64,000 nucleotides of DNA, taken from Azolla caroliniana (lineage: Eukaryota > Plantae > Polypodiophyta). Numbering within the stretch: position 1 is the first letter of the stretch; each line of letters begins with the position of its first letter. Shown piece after piece: positions 13,671 through 26,601 of this stretch. The stretch is from positions 4,402,001 through 4,466,000 of the forward strand of contig JBHGNT010000005.1 of NCBI GenBank assembly GCA_043228905.1, written 5' to 3'. Both the position numbers and the translations under genes were made by a program. The notes beneath the pieces were generated by a model. It ran no database searches, was not told where the DNA came from, and saw nothing but the letters and a program-made list of their open reading frames with translations.

Positions 13671-14532
13671 CACTAGTTAAAAGATTTTGTCATGCAAGAG
13701 CACAATGTATTTTACACTTGTCAATGCTTGCTTCACATTTTTTGTTATTTAGAAATATTTGGTTATGTATGTGTTTTCTTACGGGATATAGACAAACTTC
13801 TTCACTATCAAAGTTTGTCTCTCCACATTGGGATGATTATGGAGTTTGATCCTCGCCATGAGCTAGGCCCCATCTCATAGATTGCAATCGGTCTCCCATG
13901 GGCATTAAAAATCTATCTATCATGTGGAGCCAGACCAATGTCTATCCTAATACCTAAAGTGTTAGTATGTACAAGATATGAAACCATTCCAAAGCCGGTA
14001 AATGCTAGTGCTAATCACTTAAGTGAGCTTCACTTAAAACACTCATATAATCATTAAGTGCTAATAAGTGAGATACATTAACCTTACTATGCATATTTTT
14101 CTTAATTTACTAAATTCTGGTGTGGAATATGTATTGGTTGAATGATGACCTTGTAGTCATTGTAGTCGCCAGACAACCTCAACGTTTAACTACATCGCTC
14201 TCTCTCTCTTGGTAAAAGCACACAATTATATTACTAGTATGTAAAATCCACTTCTTAGGCACCTTTACCTATCTATCCTATCTTATGTAGGGAGAGGGAT
14301 GTCTTGTAACGCCACTAGAAAACCTGAATATGCATGTGAGGAAATGATCCCCACATGCTTTAACATACATAAATTCCACATAAGAATTCCTTTCAACTTC
14401 TTCATATAGGCTTTTACCCCATCTCTACCATCAAACATGAACGCATTACACATTCTAATTGTGTTGTCCCCAACATCGTAGAAATTGCAACAATGTTAAA
14501 ACTTGCCAAACGTTCGATAAGTACTTCCAAAT

Positions 14533-14578
<46 letters not shown>

Positions 14579-15470
14579 AATATGTATTTTAAAATAACAT
14601 GACAATAGAAAAAAACTTTGGTGATGCACAAGGATCTTACGACGAGGGTTGGACATACACATACATCTTCTCTTGCCATAACTCAACTTATGGAGCTTCA
14701 AATCATAATATTTTGTTTATTTCATTGCTATATCTATGAGGCAATCATCATATACACCATTTTATTGATCAAAACAATTTTTTCCAAAGAAAATGAAGTG
14801 CATTCACATGTGCATACATAAACATGAGAGCATATTCAAATTCTTAATGGACATCAAGATTCAACAGTAGAGGCATTATCTAATGCCTAACAAAGTCCAA
14901 ACGAAGAGGAAGGAAATGGAGGTAATTAGATCAATTGTAAAGTTGTATTTTTTGAGTTAAAATAAATACACCCAAATATTTAATTGTGAATTTCACTTCA
15001 CAATTAGTATTGATGCTTATATGAGAGTAAACTTTTATGTCACTCATGAAATTCCATCACCATTGATCTTAAATCAGAAATTACAAACCAAGAGCACTCA
15101 AATTACAAGTGGCGATGTAGAAAAAATCACATACAGTCAAATGTACCAAGAGGGCAAAACAAAACAAGAGAACAATACCACACTCAAAAAAATTATACTA
15201 ATTCACGTTCAATCACATCAAAAGATTACAACACACAACTATGAAGGTGTAATCCATGTTAAAAACCACAATTTAAATGAATTCCAAATGACAGATGCAT
15301 GTGGCTTTGTAATCCCACCATTTATACCCACAACTTTGGCCAAAGTGGGTACTACAAAAATTGTTAGAATAATAATGGAGCCCCATGGGTGATGTTCAAA
15401 GTTTTCATACTAGCAAAAGTTAAACAAAAGCCCTAGTGCTTGCTATACTTGTTGTGTCCCTAGATTGGAA

Positions 15471-18400
15471 TTAATCGAACCATTCAGCATCCACCATCTT
15501 TGCTAAGAATGCATATTTATCACTTGCCTCATCAATCTGTGTAAAATAACATAATCATTCCTTTATATATAGTCCTCATCATGTCCACACATCAAAGCCA
15601 AAAAATCTACAATCAAGAATGTAAACATGGGAAAAGATGATATCTTGTTTAGTTAAATCGCACCAGCTTTTGTGTTGGCCGTCCAGCTCCATGTCCAGCT
15701 TTAGTGTCCAGACGAGCGATGATAGGATTTGTTTGCTTTCTTTCTTTCACATTGATACACAACTCATATTGCAACGTCTATAAGACAAACAGTAGCAACA
15801 AGGTTTGAGTTCAAAACCGATCCAAAAATAAAAACACAAAATTGGTGCAACAATGTACTTTACCCATATACATACATAATGTGCATGCATAAAGGTATTA
15901 TTTATAAACCGATTAAATAGAAAAATGTACATTTTATTGATTGAAAAATGTCGAACAAAGAAGGGCTTCAGGTTTATTCAAACATTTTTATTTTTCACAT
16001 GAGGAAATAAACTAGTAAAGATTTTTACCGCGAGAAGCTTCAAAGAATGAAGGGGTACAACCCTATCATCATGATCAGCCGTTAGCAACATCATTGCAGG
16101 ATATTGAACGTCCTTGTTACCTGACATTTCCCAACTCCTCCGAACATTATGAAGTGGGGAATACCTGAAATATATGCCATTAAATCATGCACAAAGCTAG
16201 TACAAAACATTATCCACAACAAATTGTTAAACTTCCTTACGCTTATACATCATTTTCATCTTTCATAGACAATAATACAACTTTCTTTCATTCTATTCTT
16301 CACATCCTGAAATTTAACTATATTTTCTGTTAAAATTGTTGAATGATTTAAGTAGCTACCTTTTGCTTGTGAATATTCAGATTTTAAATTTTTTTTAAAA
16401 GCGTGATATGTTTAGTTTCAATTGCAACTTTTTGTTTTTGAATTTGTTTTATTTTTGCTTTTTAAATAATATAAATTTCATGGAGAGATTAGTGGACAAT
16501 AATATTTTTGGTTCTACACATCTCAAACATGATCGAATAATAATAATGATAATTACCCAAAAAATGGATTTGTGTTCCGTTCCAAGGAAATGAAACACAT
16601 TTAGGTTTTTATCATTTATTAAATATAGTTCTTTTTTTCCTGATAAATGTGTCACATTGTTAAACGATTACAAAAAGAAATCAGGGTCAAGCTATGGAGT
16701 CTATGCTTACTTGATCAACCATTTGAATTCTTCTTCCTTCTCAGAGCATCCATAGTCACTGGTCCAAGCATGTCCTAACAAAAGTTCAAAATGTACCAAT
16801 TACATGAGAAAAAAAGAAAATTGTAGTGTTAAGAAGAGGCCAGAAATTACCAGTTGTAGATTTGTAAAAACTTCAGAGCTCAAGAAAATAAATAGCTAAA
16901 CTATTCATATAGTGAATTTACCAATTGTAAACTTATGAAACCGAAGCATGTCCATCACGCCAACATGTGCAAGAGCACATCCAAACAATTCCGGCCTCTG
17001 TGGCAAAAACAGAAACAAAAGAACTGTCTCTTAAAGGGGGAAAAAAAACAAACTAGAGCCCAGAGAGCTTTCTTTGAGCGAATCATTGAATCATGTTAGG
17101 AATTCCACCGAAAAAACTCCAACTTTCTAGATGGGAGAAATTGGAGACTAAATCCTGTAATCAGAGACTTTTCTACTATTACAGAGTATGCAGCCCCCCC
17201 CACACACACAATTTTCAAATATTAGCATAAATAACCCTACTAAAAGAAGTGTTGGATAAGAGACCTGATTCACACAAGCAGCAACAAGAAGCCCTCCATT
17301 GCTGCCTCCTTCGATACAGAGCTTCCTTGATTTTGTATAGCCTTCTCTTATTAAGAACTCAGCACAAGCCACAAAATCATCGAAACAGTTCTGCTTATTC
17401 CCTAGTGAGCCTGCCTTGTGCCATTCTTCACCATATTCACCACCTCCTCGTATGTTTGCAAATGCTAAGACACCCCCACAGTGGCGGGCAAATACAATCC
17501 GTGAAACACTGAATGACGGTGTTATGTTTATATTGAAGCCTCCATAGCCGTACAGTAAAACAGGGTTTTCACCATTGAGTGTTATGGCTTTTTTAGAAAC
17601 TATAAACATTGGTATCTTTGTCCCATCCTTACTTGCCACGAATACCTGGCACGACACCAAAAGATCAGCTGAATGAATGCTTGATGGAAAACAAAGATTG
17701 CGAAGAATATCACATGTATACAGATGTATATGTGTATTTTTATGTGTGTGTGTGCGTGTGGATACTCAGCTTTATGGACAATATGAGCAACTCGAAATCA
17801 GCAGAATCTTGGCAATCAGGTTCCAATCCATATTGATTATTTAGGTTTTCACTCCCAACAATCAGTTTACGTTTATCATGCCTCTCAAGACATCGGTGAG
17901 CACATTTATGCCCTATCTTTTGAATTCTAATTTGACATATTATTAACAGATAATATAATGCATTGCTTGAAAACAAGTGTGTGCATTTGGAATGGAGATA
18001 GATATTTCTGGTGAAAAATGGATTTACCACACAACTTGAAAACAACGTTTAAGAATGATTCTAACAATAACAACACTTATTCTAAGATAGATCTTATCCT
18101 TGCAAAGCAATTTAGAAATCAGACAAAGATGCCACATTCAGGGTTGTAGGCAAACCAGATTCATAATTTTTGAGAATTGATCTTGTAAATGTCTCCCTGA
18201 TAGATTTCGGACATTCTATAAAATGCATACTCTTTAACATTAATCTTGGAAAATATCTACATTGTAGTTTAGACAGATTCAGAGAAAAAGTACATGTGTG
18301 AAAATTGTAGTCAATCCTCACACATTTTACTAAAAAGCACAGAGATTTCCAATATAGAGCATTCAAAGATCTGTAACAAGACCATATCACCTCATTGCAT

Positions 18401-21400
18401 ATCCCAGAAAACTAACAAATGAAGTAATCCAAGGTAAAAAAGTTGAACTAACCTGTGATGTTTTGAAATCCGTTCTATCAAAATCTTTCACGTTGATTTC
18501 TCTAAACACTTGGAGCTGTAGCTGCGCCTCTTCCAAGTTGCATCGATAAATTATGCCAGGAGTTAAGAAACTCGTAAAACTGATAAATACCTCTTTGTCT
18601 TTTCTTTTACCAGAAACAGCAGATACTGAACCAATTTCAAGAGGCAGTTGTTGCAATAGATCTCCAGTCTCAAAATCCCGAATCTGCACTACATACTTCA
18701 CATCACTAAGATAACAAACGATAAGATGTCTTCCATTGACACAATTGGCCGACTCAAGAACATCTTTCTCAGATTCCGGGATGATATCTGTCCATACATC
18801 TGGATTTTGAATATTGACTCGAACAAGCTTGTATCGCGGGGAATCTTTATTTGTATGGAAAGTGAATAATGCGCCATCATTTGCAACGTAGGAATATTGT
18901 GCATCAAAGTTGTCAATGAGCTTTTCTAGTGGAATCAATTTATTGGAACCTTTGAAACCAAGCAATCCATGTGGAAGTGATGACAAAACACAATAATACA
19001 ACCTGTTAACAGGGTCACAACCTTCGGTGATGGAGACTATCACGTACTGTAATGGTGAAACAAGAACGTTTTTAATAAATATTTGACCCAAGACTGTATA
19101 AATGTGCTGAAACTTTAGAACCCATATATCAATAAAAAAAGTCAGCTTAAATAGATCACCTTCCCATCGTCAGTAACTGATGCATCAAAGATCCACTTTG
19201 GATTTGTTGGGTCCTTCCAGCAAAGGATATCTTCTGCTTGATCGGTACCCAGGAAATGGTAGTAAAGTTGATGGTTGAGGTTGATATTAGTTTCTGTGCC
19301 CGCATCGGCGTTGACGCTGGAATCGAAAATTACAAGGAAAGAATGACACTCCAACTAAATTCAACCACCAAAAACAAAGTAATCAATGATTTAAACGTAA
19401 TATTTTTGCTTTAGTAATAACCTTATATACTAGTAAGAACCTCAACATGAGATGAATATTGCAAACCCACAAAAGAATGTTGTATGAAGTTGCAAGTGGA
19501 ATAGCATGGTGCTTAAACGCCCTTCAAAAATATTGGAATGTTGCCTACTGGAAAGTCGACCATAGAACAGAAGTTCACATGACCAATTTTACGACCAATG
19601 TGGCGGGTCAATTCCCATTATTTAAAGGTCATCTACAGGTTGAATTACTTGAGAAGTTCCAGATAATGATAGTCCTTGCAAGTACTTAATTAGTTCTGTG
19701 CTTTAATTAGATCTTTTACTGGCATGTGTGTGTGTGTGTGAGGCATTGAAGAGATGGAAACATTTGTTGAGTTTGAAGGTATAATTTGTAGCACACACTG
19801 CTAAATCTTTAGAATATCAAAGCCAAAGAAGGTAACATGACAAGGAAAAACGTTGCTTTATCAATATGTAGCTTTTTATTGAAAACCACACGCTTACTTT
19901 GGTGCAGGATATCGGCAATAGAAGAATCCTTTATGATCATGGGTCCAAGCAATCGAAGAAAATTTTACCTGCAAAACACAACATGCACATAGATAAGACA
20001 TACTCACTGACTTCTGGCTGATAATAATACATTTAGTGTTAGAATGTACCCAGGAGAGCACGTCTGGTTCCCATGATTTATCGGTTACTCGCATCACTTT
20101 TATACTCATCCAGTCACTTCCACTAGAACTAAGGCCAACTGCCATAAATTCAGCATTCTCACTGAAAGCTAAAGTTGATAATGCAACAGTTCCATCATCA
20201 CTAAGCTTATTTGGATCCAGCAAAACTTCTGCTTTTGCATCCAGAGAATCCTGTTATTAGATACCCAACAGCCTTATAAACGCATAAGTTGTCAACAAAT
20301 AAAATAGCGTACGTTAATCTTAGCTAGGAAATTGCAGATTAGACAGTAAAAATAAAGTTAAGTATCACAACAAGAAGCGTTGGAATTAAATCCCATTAAA
20401 TTCTAACAAAATGGATCAATGAAGGATGTCAATGTGTTTGTCTGCCTAGTGTTCCTCTTCCATTAATATATTTTATAGCTTCAATGATTTCAGAAGATCT
20501 ACAATGTTTTTATTATGTCTGCGTTTACATAACATTTAATAAGTGGCCAAGAGTAAGAAAAAGAACACATATAATGTACATTATCTTAATATGGTATCAA
20601 CATTTAACCATATGTGGAATAGTTTCAATATATCAGATATATGTTGTCAAATGATCAATTCACTTCTGAGATATGAAACATAGGTTTTCTTTTCCTATGT
20701 TTGAATTTTGGAATATTTCCAAATGTACATGTTTGGATGCATGAGCTATGGCACCTGAATGCAAACTAAGAGTTTGGATCTATTCCAAACGGCATCCAAA
20801 CAGACTCTATCACAATAACAGTAAAAACTATCGAAGCTCGAATAATATCAGTTGAATGAGGTATTACACCTCTCACCTTTCCTACATAGTTTCACTCTTA
20901 CCAATGTTTTTAGAAGTCACTATTCACAACCAGACACTAATCTTGATCTTAACTTTTTCTAGCACAAAATTTAGATGTTGGTTCACGAACCTGGATGTAC
21001 AAAACGCTTTGTGCTTGCAATCCTGTATTGTGAGAGTAGAAGTACTTCTCGCCCCTTTTGAAAGGGCAATCATATTTCGGATAATCATAGAGCGCTGTGG
21101 TTCGTTCTCTCAGCTTTTCTTTTAGATCGCATGTCTTAAGTATTGAGTGTGTCAATGTTCTCTGTTCTTCAATAAATTGTTTCACATCTTCGGCATCTGG
21201 ATCCTCTAACCTGTCCAAATCAGTTTCAAATATCACTTAATGCTAGAAAATGATTCCTCAAAATTTCAGTGTCGCCAAAACATTATGTCTTGCATAAATA
21301 AGTCCGTTCAGTTGTCTAGAAACCAAATTGAGTCGGCTTCAAGCTGTTAGGACAAGGATAAATAAACATTGCTGAAAGAACTGGTTTAAAGCTCAAATTT

Positions 21401-22655
21401 CTTGATGAAAATCCAACTTTTGAGATGAAAAATGAGGTTTCTTTAATCTATTTTCACCTTTTCTTTCCTTCAAATTTGATTCCTAGATAATACATATTCC
21501 TCCAATATGTGCAAGATATTTTGGAGCTTCTTGATTAAAATTTCGCTTCATTTTTTAATTATTTGGAATTCCCTTAAATTTCCTTTCTTGGTGCCAATCT
21601 CGAAAATCTTGGAGCTCCAAGGGTTTATTAACACATTACTGAGGGATTCAAAGAGCAGCACGATGAAGTCTTCTTGTCAGTTCTAAAGATAACGACGTTG
21701 CAGATAGTCTACCCATAATATGCAAGCTCTTGTGAATCTTCTAGTTTAAACTTGGGCTTTCCTTATTTGATTTTTGGGTTTCCTTCACATTGATTTAGAA
21801 TGTACTTAACATGATTCCATAATATGCAAGATTTAGAGGAACTTCTTAGTAAAAATGAGCTTTTTTATTCATTTCCTGGTTTAAAGAATCAAAGAGATTT
21901 TGCAAGATCCTGCATATAGTGGAGACATGTAAGCACCTTATAACATCTTGTTTCTTTCTTGAAATTTATTGATTTATTTTTCCTTTGAATTTTTCATAAC
22001 ATGCAATGCCTTAAAATTGAGAAGATACTCATATACTACACAATATGAGAGACAGAAAAATTTCCTGGTTAAATTTGAGTAGATATGTAAGATGCATAAT
22101 AGCACTCTATAATATGCATGATTTTCTGCCCTCCCGTTAACTGCTTCTTGCAATATACTTATATATCTCTCTATTATATGCAAAATCTTCCGAATCTATG
22201 CAAGCCATTTATAGACGAATTTGAAAGCTTTAATTTTCTACCTACATAATCACGTCTCTCTCCATTATATGCAAGATCTTGTGGATTTATGCAGGATATA
22301 TAGAGAAGATTTTGAAAACATGCCAGCGATAAGGATCAGGAACTATTGTGCCATGGTAGTCATCCACGATTGATGCATCTCGTTTAGCGAATGGGTATTG
22401 GAGTTGCTCCGAAACATCATCCAAGGACCCCATCGTTGCCGAAGTGTGAATCACTTTTGATAAATGATTTGCTGTGTTAAAGAAGGAAATGAAGTTCGAT
22501 GATGGTTGGGAACAATAATACTTGTGTGAAATGACGGTTGATGAAAGCGAAAAGAAGCTGGATTTCCTCTGTAAACAGGAATTTTTGCAGTCCAAGACCG
22601 AGCCACAAATCGATTTCAAAGTATTTTGGGATCTAAAGCATGAGAGGCCCAGCAT
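15471..22655 (-). CDS. POP: Prolyl oligopeptidase (S9A), 12 coding exons, 803 aa including a ~74-aa N-terminal extension
   Basis: Exons 22655-22324, 21210-20991, 20250-20050, 19968-19898, 19316-19160, 19046-18453, 17645-17265, 16997-16922, 16774-16711, 16164-16029, 15777-15664 and 15536-15471 join in frame (2412 nt). Motifs: PDPYRWLED, catalytic GGSNGG, ADHDDRV and AGHGAG. Probable 5'UTR exons at 23037-22978 and upstream of 23356. Confidence 0.95.
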
Positions 22656-23719
22656 TCAGACCTGGGAAGAACAGACGATTATATACCAAAAAAAAAGGTT
22701 TTAGAATATATTACGGTTCTTATTGATCCATATACATATTTCACAAAATGCATACGAATATTTCAGTAAATAATGCATCTGTAAGCCTAAGTATGAATTA
22801 AAGACACATAAAGATTCTGCAAGAGTGGAGAAGCCAGTTCACAAAAGACTCGCAGTAAGAGCATGAATATTAAGGATTACTGAGATTTCACAAATCCCAA
22901 TTCAGATAGACAAAGGACAAAGGCAGGAGCATAAATAAGAACCAAAGATTTCATACAACAGGGTGAAATATTTTTACCGGAGCAGCTGTGGAATTGAGTA
23001 GTGGTAAGACCATAAGTAAGAGTAGAAAGATTCAAGACTGCATATAACGTTTCAGAAAAAGCATGGGGGAAAAAAAAATATCAGAGAGATTAGACATAGA
23101 ATTCAGAAAACATGGTGAGTTTCAAGGACTATAAAGATGTAAAGAAGAGCAGAAATGGAATTGTTACTCATAGATTTCAGGGAGCATGAAAAGCCCAAAA
23201 AATTCGCATACACAACTGAATAAGCTACAAGAAGATTTCCGAAAACATGGGATGTTCTTATATGTCCAAGAACAGATCTAAGGAAGAAAAAGAAAAAAGA
23301 AAAGAGAAAAGAGAGAGAGACCACAGAGGGGGGGAGGGGGGGAGACATCTCTCACCAGCAAAGAAATTATTCCTTTGTTGAGCTTTGAATTCCTCAGAAA
23401 AGCTTTTTTTTTTGCTTGTGTGGTGGGGATATTGGTGTGTATATACATACATATATGATATATGTATGAGTAGAGAGCTCTCAATAATACGTAATGGTGA
23501 TTGATGGTAGCTATGGCGATGGCGATGGCGATGGCGATAAAATTAATATAATACAATAAATATTATTTCGTCTGCAGTCTTGACTGAGTTTCTTCTTCTA
23601 CTTGGCGGTTGGGCGTTGTCTGTGTCTGTGTGGCTGGGCTAGTTTTGTCCATACCAATCCGAAAGTCTCCCCCAACAAGATTTTTTTTTTTTTTTTTTTA
23701 AATTTTGGGTTCTTGTCTC

Positions 23720-24180
23720 GGATTCTCGTACCTGATCCGATCCGATCCGATCCATGGTTTGGACTTGTCTCGGATACTCTCTTTTTCCCGTCAACGATTG
23801 TGAAGGCATCGACTAATCCTTATGTCTACCAGAACAACTGTTGCGTGTCTGTGTGTGCGCCTGTGCCTGTGCGTGTTTCGAGCCAGGTTCAAAAGTGACA
23901 AGTACAAATGATGATCCGTTTAGAAATGATTCTTGTGCCCGATCCCATGTTTCTGGACTCGTCTCCGGATACGTTTTTTTTTTGCTAGGGGCTGTCGTGT
24001 CTACACGAGGGCGAAAATCGTGGGTCCCATCAAGCAATGATCCGGGTTCTTAATTTGTGGATGCGTTTGTGGGCATCGATTAATCCTTATGTCTACAAGA
24101 ACAAATGTGTGTGGGTGGGTGTGTTTTGAGCCAGGGTTAAAAAGTGACAAGTAAAAATGATGATCCGATTCGAAAAGTGT
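23720..24180. repeat. Diverged ~265-bp duplication upstream of POP
   Basis: gcatcga(c/t)taatccttatgtctac...gagccagg...aaaagtgacaagta...atgatgatccg occurs at ~23806-23918 and ~24073-24167. Confidence 0.7.
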
Positions 24181-24375
24181 CTTGAGATATGGTATGCTCA
24201 CAAGAGGCGCCTATTTACATGCGTCGTCTCAGAGCCAAATTTATTACAATGTTGATGATATATAGTTTCGGCTTGAGTATATAGAAGAAAGCTCATAATG
24301 ACTTGAATCTTGTTTGGATTGAGAGCGTGACAGTTGGTATGGTTGGGTTCATAGTTTGCATAACTTTATCAGATC

Positions 24376-24860
24376 TAGAACCATGCGAGGTCATCTCTAA
24401 GTCTCCGTTAAAAACATTACTCAAAAAGTATGCATCTGAATGAGGATATTCTTGAATATTTCCCGTTACCGTATTTTATAAATATATATAGCACCTGCTT
24501 GGCACAAGTTCGATTGAATAGCCATAGAATATGGTTCGGTGATCAAATGAACTAATATTATGGATGCCACTTAAATTCAAGGAGAGAACCACCCATTTCA
24601 AACCTTACATAAATATAGAACCATGCGAGGTCATCTCTAAGTCTCCGTTAAAAACATTACTCAAAAAGTATGCATCTGAATGAGGATATTCTTGAATATT
24701 TCCCGTTACCGTATTTTATAAATATATATAGCACCTGCTTGGCACAAATTCGATTGAATAGCCATAGAATATAGTTCGGTGATCAAATGAACTAATATTA
24801 TGGATGCCACTTAAATTCAAGGAGAGAACCACCCATTTCAAACCTTACATAAATATAGAA
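24376..24860. repeat. Near-perfect 240-bp tandem duplication
   Basis: 24376-24615 is repeated at 24616-24855 with about 2 substitutions; TAGAA lies at each junction. Confidence 0.95.
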
Positions 24861-26601
24861 AACGACACAAGGTGGACCTAAAAGTATGTGGTGTCATTTA
24901 TTAGAAAACTTTGTGCCATTTAAAAAAGTTCACTTTTACTACCCTTCCCTCGAGGAACCATATAGGAGAAAGTGCATGGTAATAGACATAGTCTAACTTC
25001 ATCATAACATTCATCTTTCTTTTCTAAAAAACAATATTAAAAGCATGGTAATAGATAGTGTCTAGGTTCATCATACCATTACATCTTTCTTTTCTAAAAA
25101 ACAATATTAGAAGCATAATTTATCCTGTGTGAAACATTGAATCCAGACATAAAAATGCTGCCAAAACATATCGAATGAACCAAGGATAGAAAGTGTGAAA
25201 TTTATAAACTAAAGTTTAAAACACGTGCTTTGATTATACACTAAATTAATCCTTTCAAAGAAGAAGGTGCAGCAAAACAATAGTAAGATCATAAATGATG
25301 AGGGAATAATGAGAAAAATTGTTTTCACCTCTTTTATAGAGATGGAATGAACACAATCACATGAATTTGTACATGAGGGATTCATCGAATGCCATGTCTT
25401 TTGTGTAATCAGTTGTATGTTTGTAAGACAATTCAGTACAAATGTTTATGGCCATGTTGCATTTTATAGCAATGTGATTTTTAAGAAACCCACACCTTAG
25501 TGTTCACAAGGATTGCAATGCCCTTATGGAAATGTAGATTAAAGTTAATCTCAGCACCAATTTATCATCAACAAAAAACATAAGATGTACAACACCCATG
25601 ATGTGGCCAATGGGGCTTGGACCAACCACTCAAAAAGTTCCACTTCACTACAAAATATTAAATACCAAAGAAGGAATGACCATAATTGCCATACCTATTA
25701 CCAATTTGGGAGGATTTACAAATTCCACCATTCAATACTAAATGTGTCCAAACCAACTTCACTACTAATTGCTATAATTCATGGTACCAAATGGTTGGAT
25801 GTACAATAAATCGATCAGTTGAATTTTTCTATTTCCTTGGGGAACACTCCGGAAAATAATGCTCAAGATGCTGGATACGAACTATTAACCACCTTTATCG
25901 TTCTGTTTGAACCGCTTTCAATAATACTCCGTTGGTTCAAGCTAATAGCTTATGCTCCTCAAAAAGTGAATACAAACTAGAGGACAGTCAAAAAAGATGA
26001 ATGTGCATGTATCTTACTTTAATATTATTAAGAGAGTTAGACCACGCCTAAAATTGAGATTTCAATTAGCACTCATTCACAAATTTCAATACTATCCTCC
26101 TTGTAGGTTCAAGTACATCAAAAAGTGAATTCAAACTAGAGAGTCAAAAAAGATGAATGTGTGTAGCTTACTTTAATATTATAGAGAGTAAGACAAAGGT
26201 ATTATTGTATTATCAACTCATTTGGCCACTGTACATAAATTGAGCAATAGATTTGCAAGAGCGTCAAATTAATTTATGTACTAGGAATCCAAAGTTTCAA
26301 ATGCATCAAAGTGTCAAGTCTACCATACATTATTATGGAAGCCTTTCGACATCCATTGACAAGAAGCAAAAATTCACTGAATCTATATAATTGTCGCAAG
26401 GTGTGAGCACAATCATTTGATACATATGATTGATCGATCGATTGATTCTTCTTGTGAAAGGGTTTTAACCTTCCCAAGATGGATCAAATAAGACAGTGAT
26501 ACCACCCAAAACACAAGCTAGGTATAAAGACAAGGCCAGAAATTTGGCAATGCCAAGCACCCATGCGAAAAGAATATAGCAAATTTGATTAAAGCAACAG
26601 T

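Noticed and set aside
11090-13910. Dispersed ~70-bp repeat (11095-11162 and 13841-13908) starting with a B-box-like GTTCAACCC/GTTTGATCC
   Set aside because: Probably SINE remnants, but no A box, tail or TSD could be defined.
23905-24190. ATGATGA box-C-like motifs suggesting C/D snoRNAs
   Set aside because: No correctly placed CTGA box D or terminal stem; the motif is part of a local duplication.
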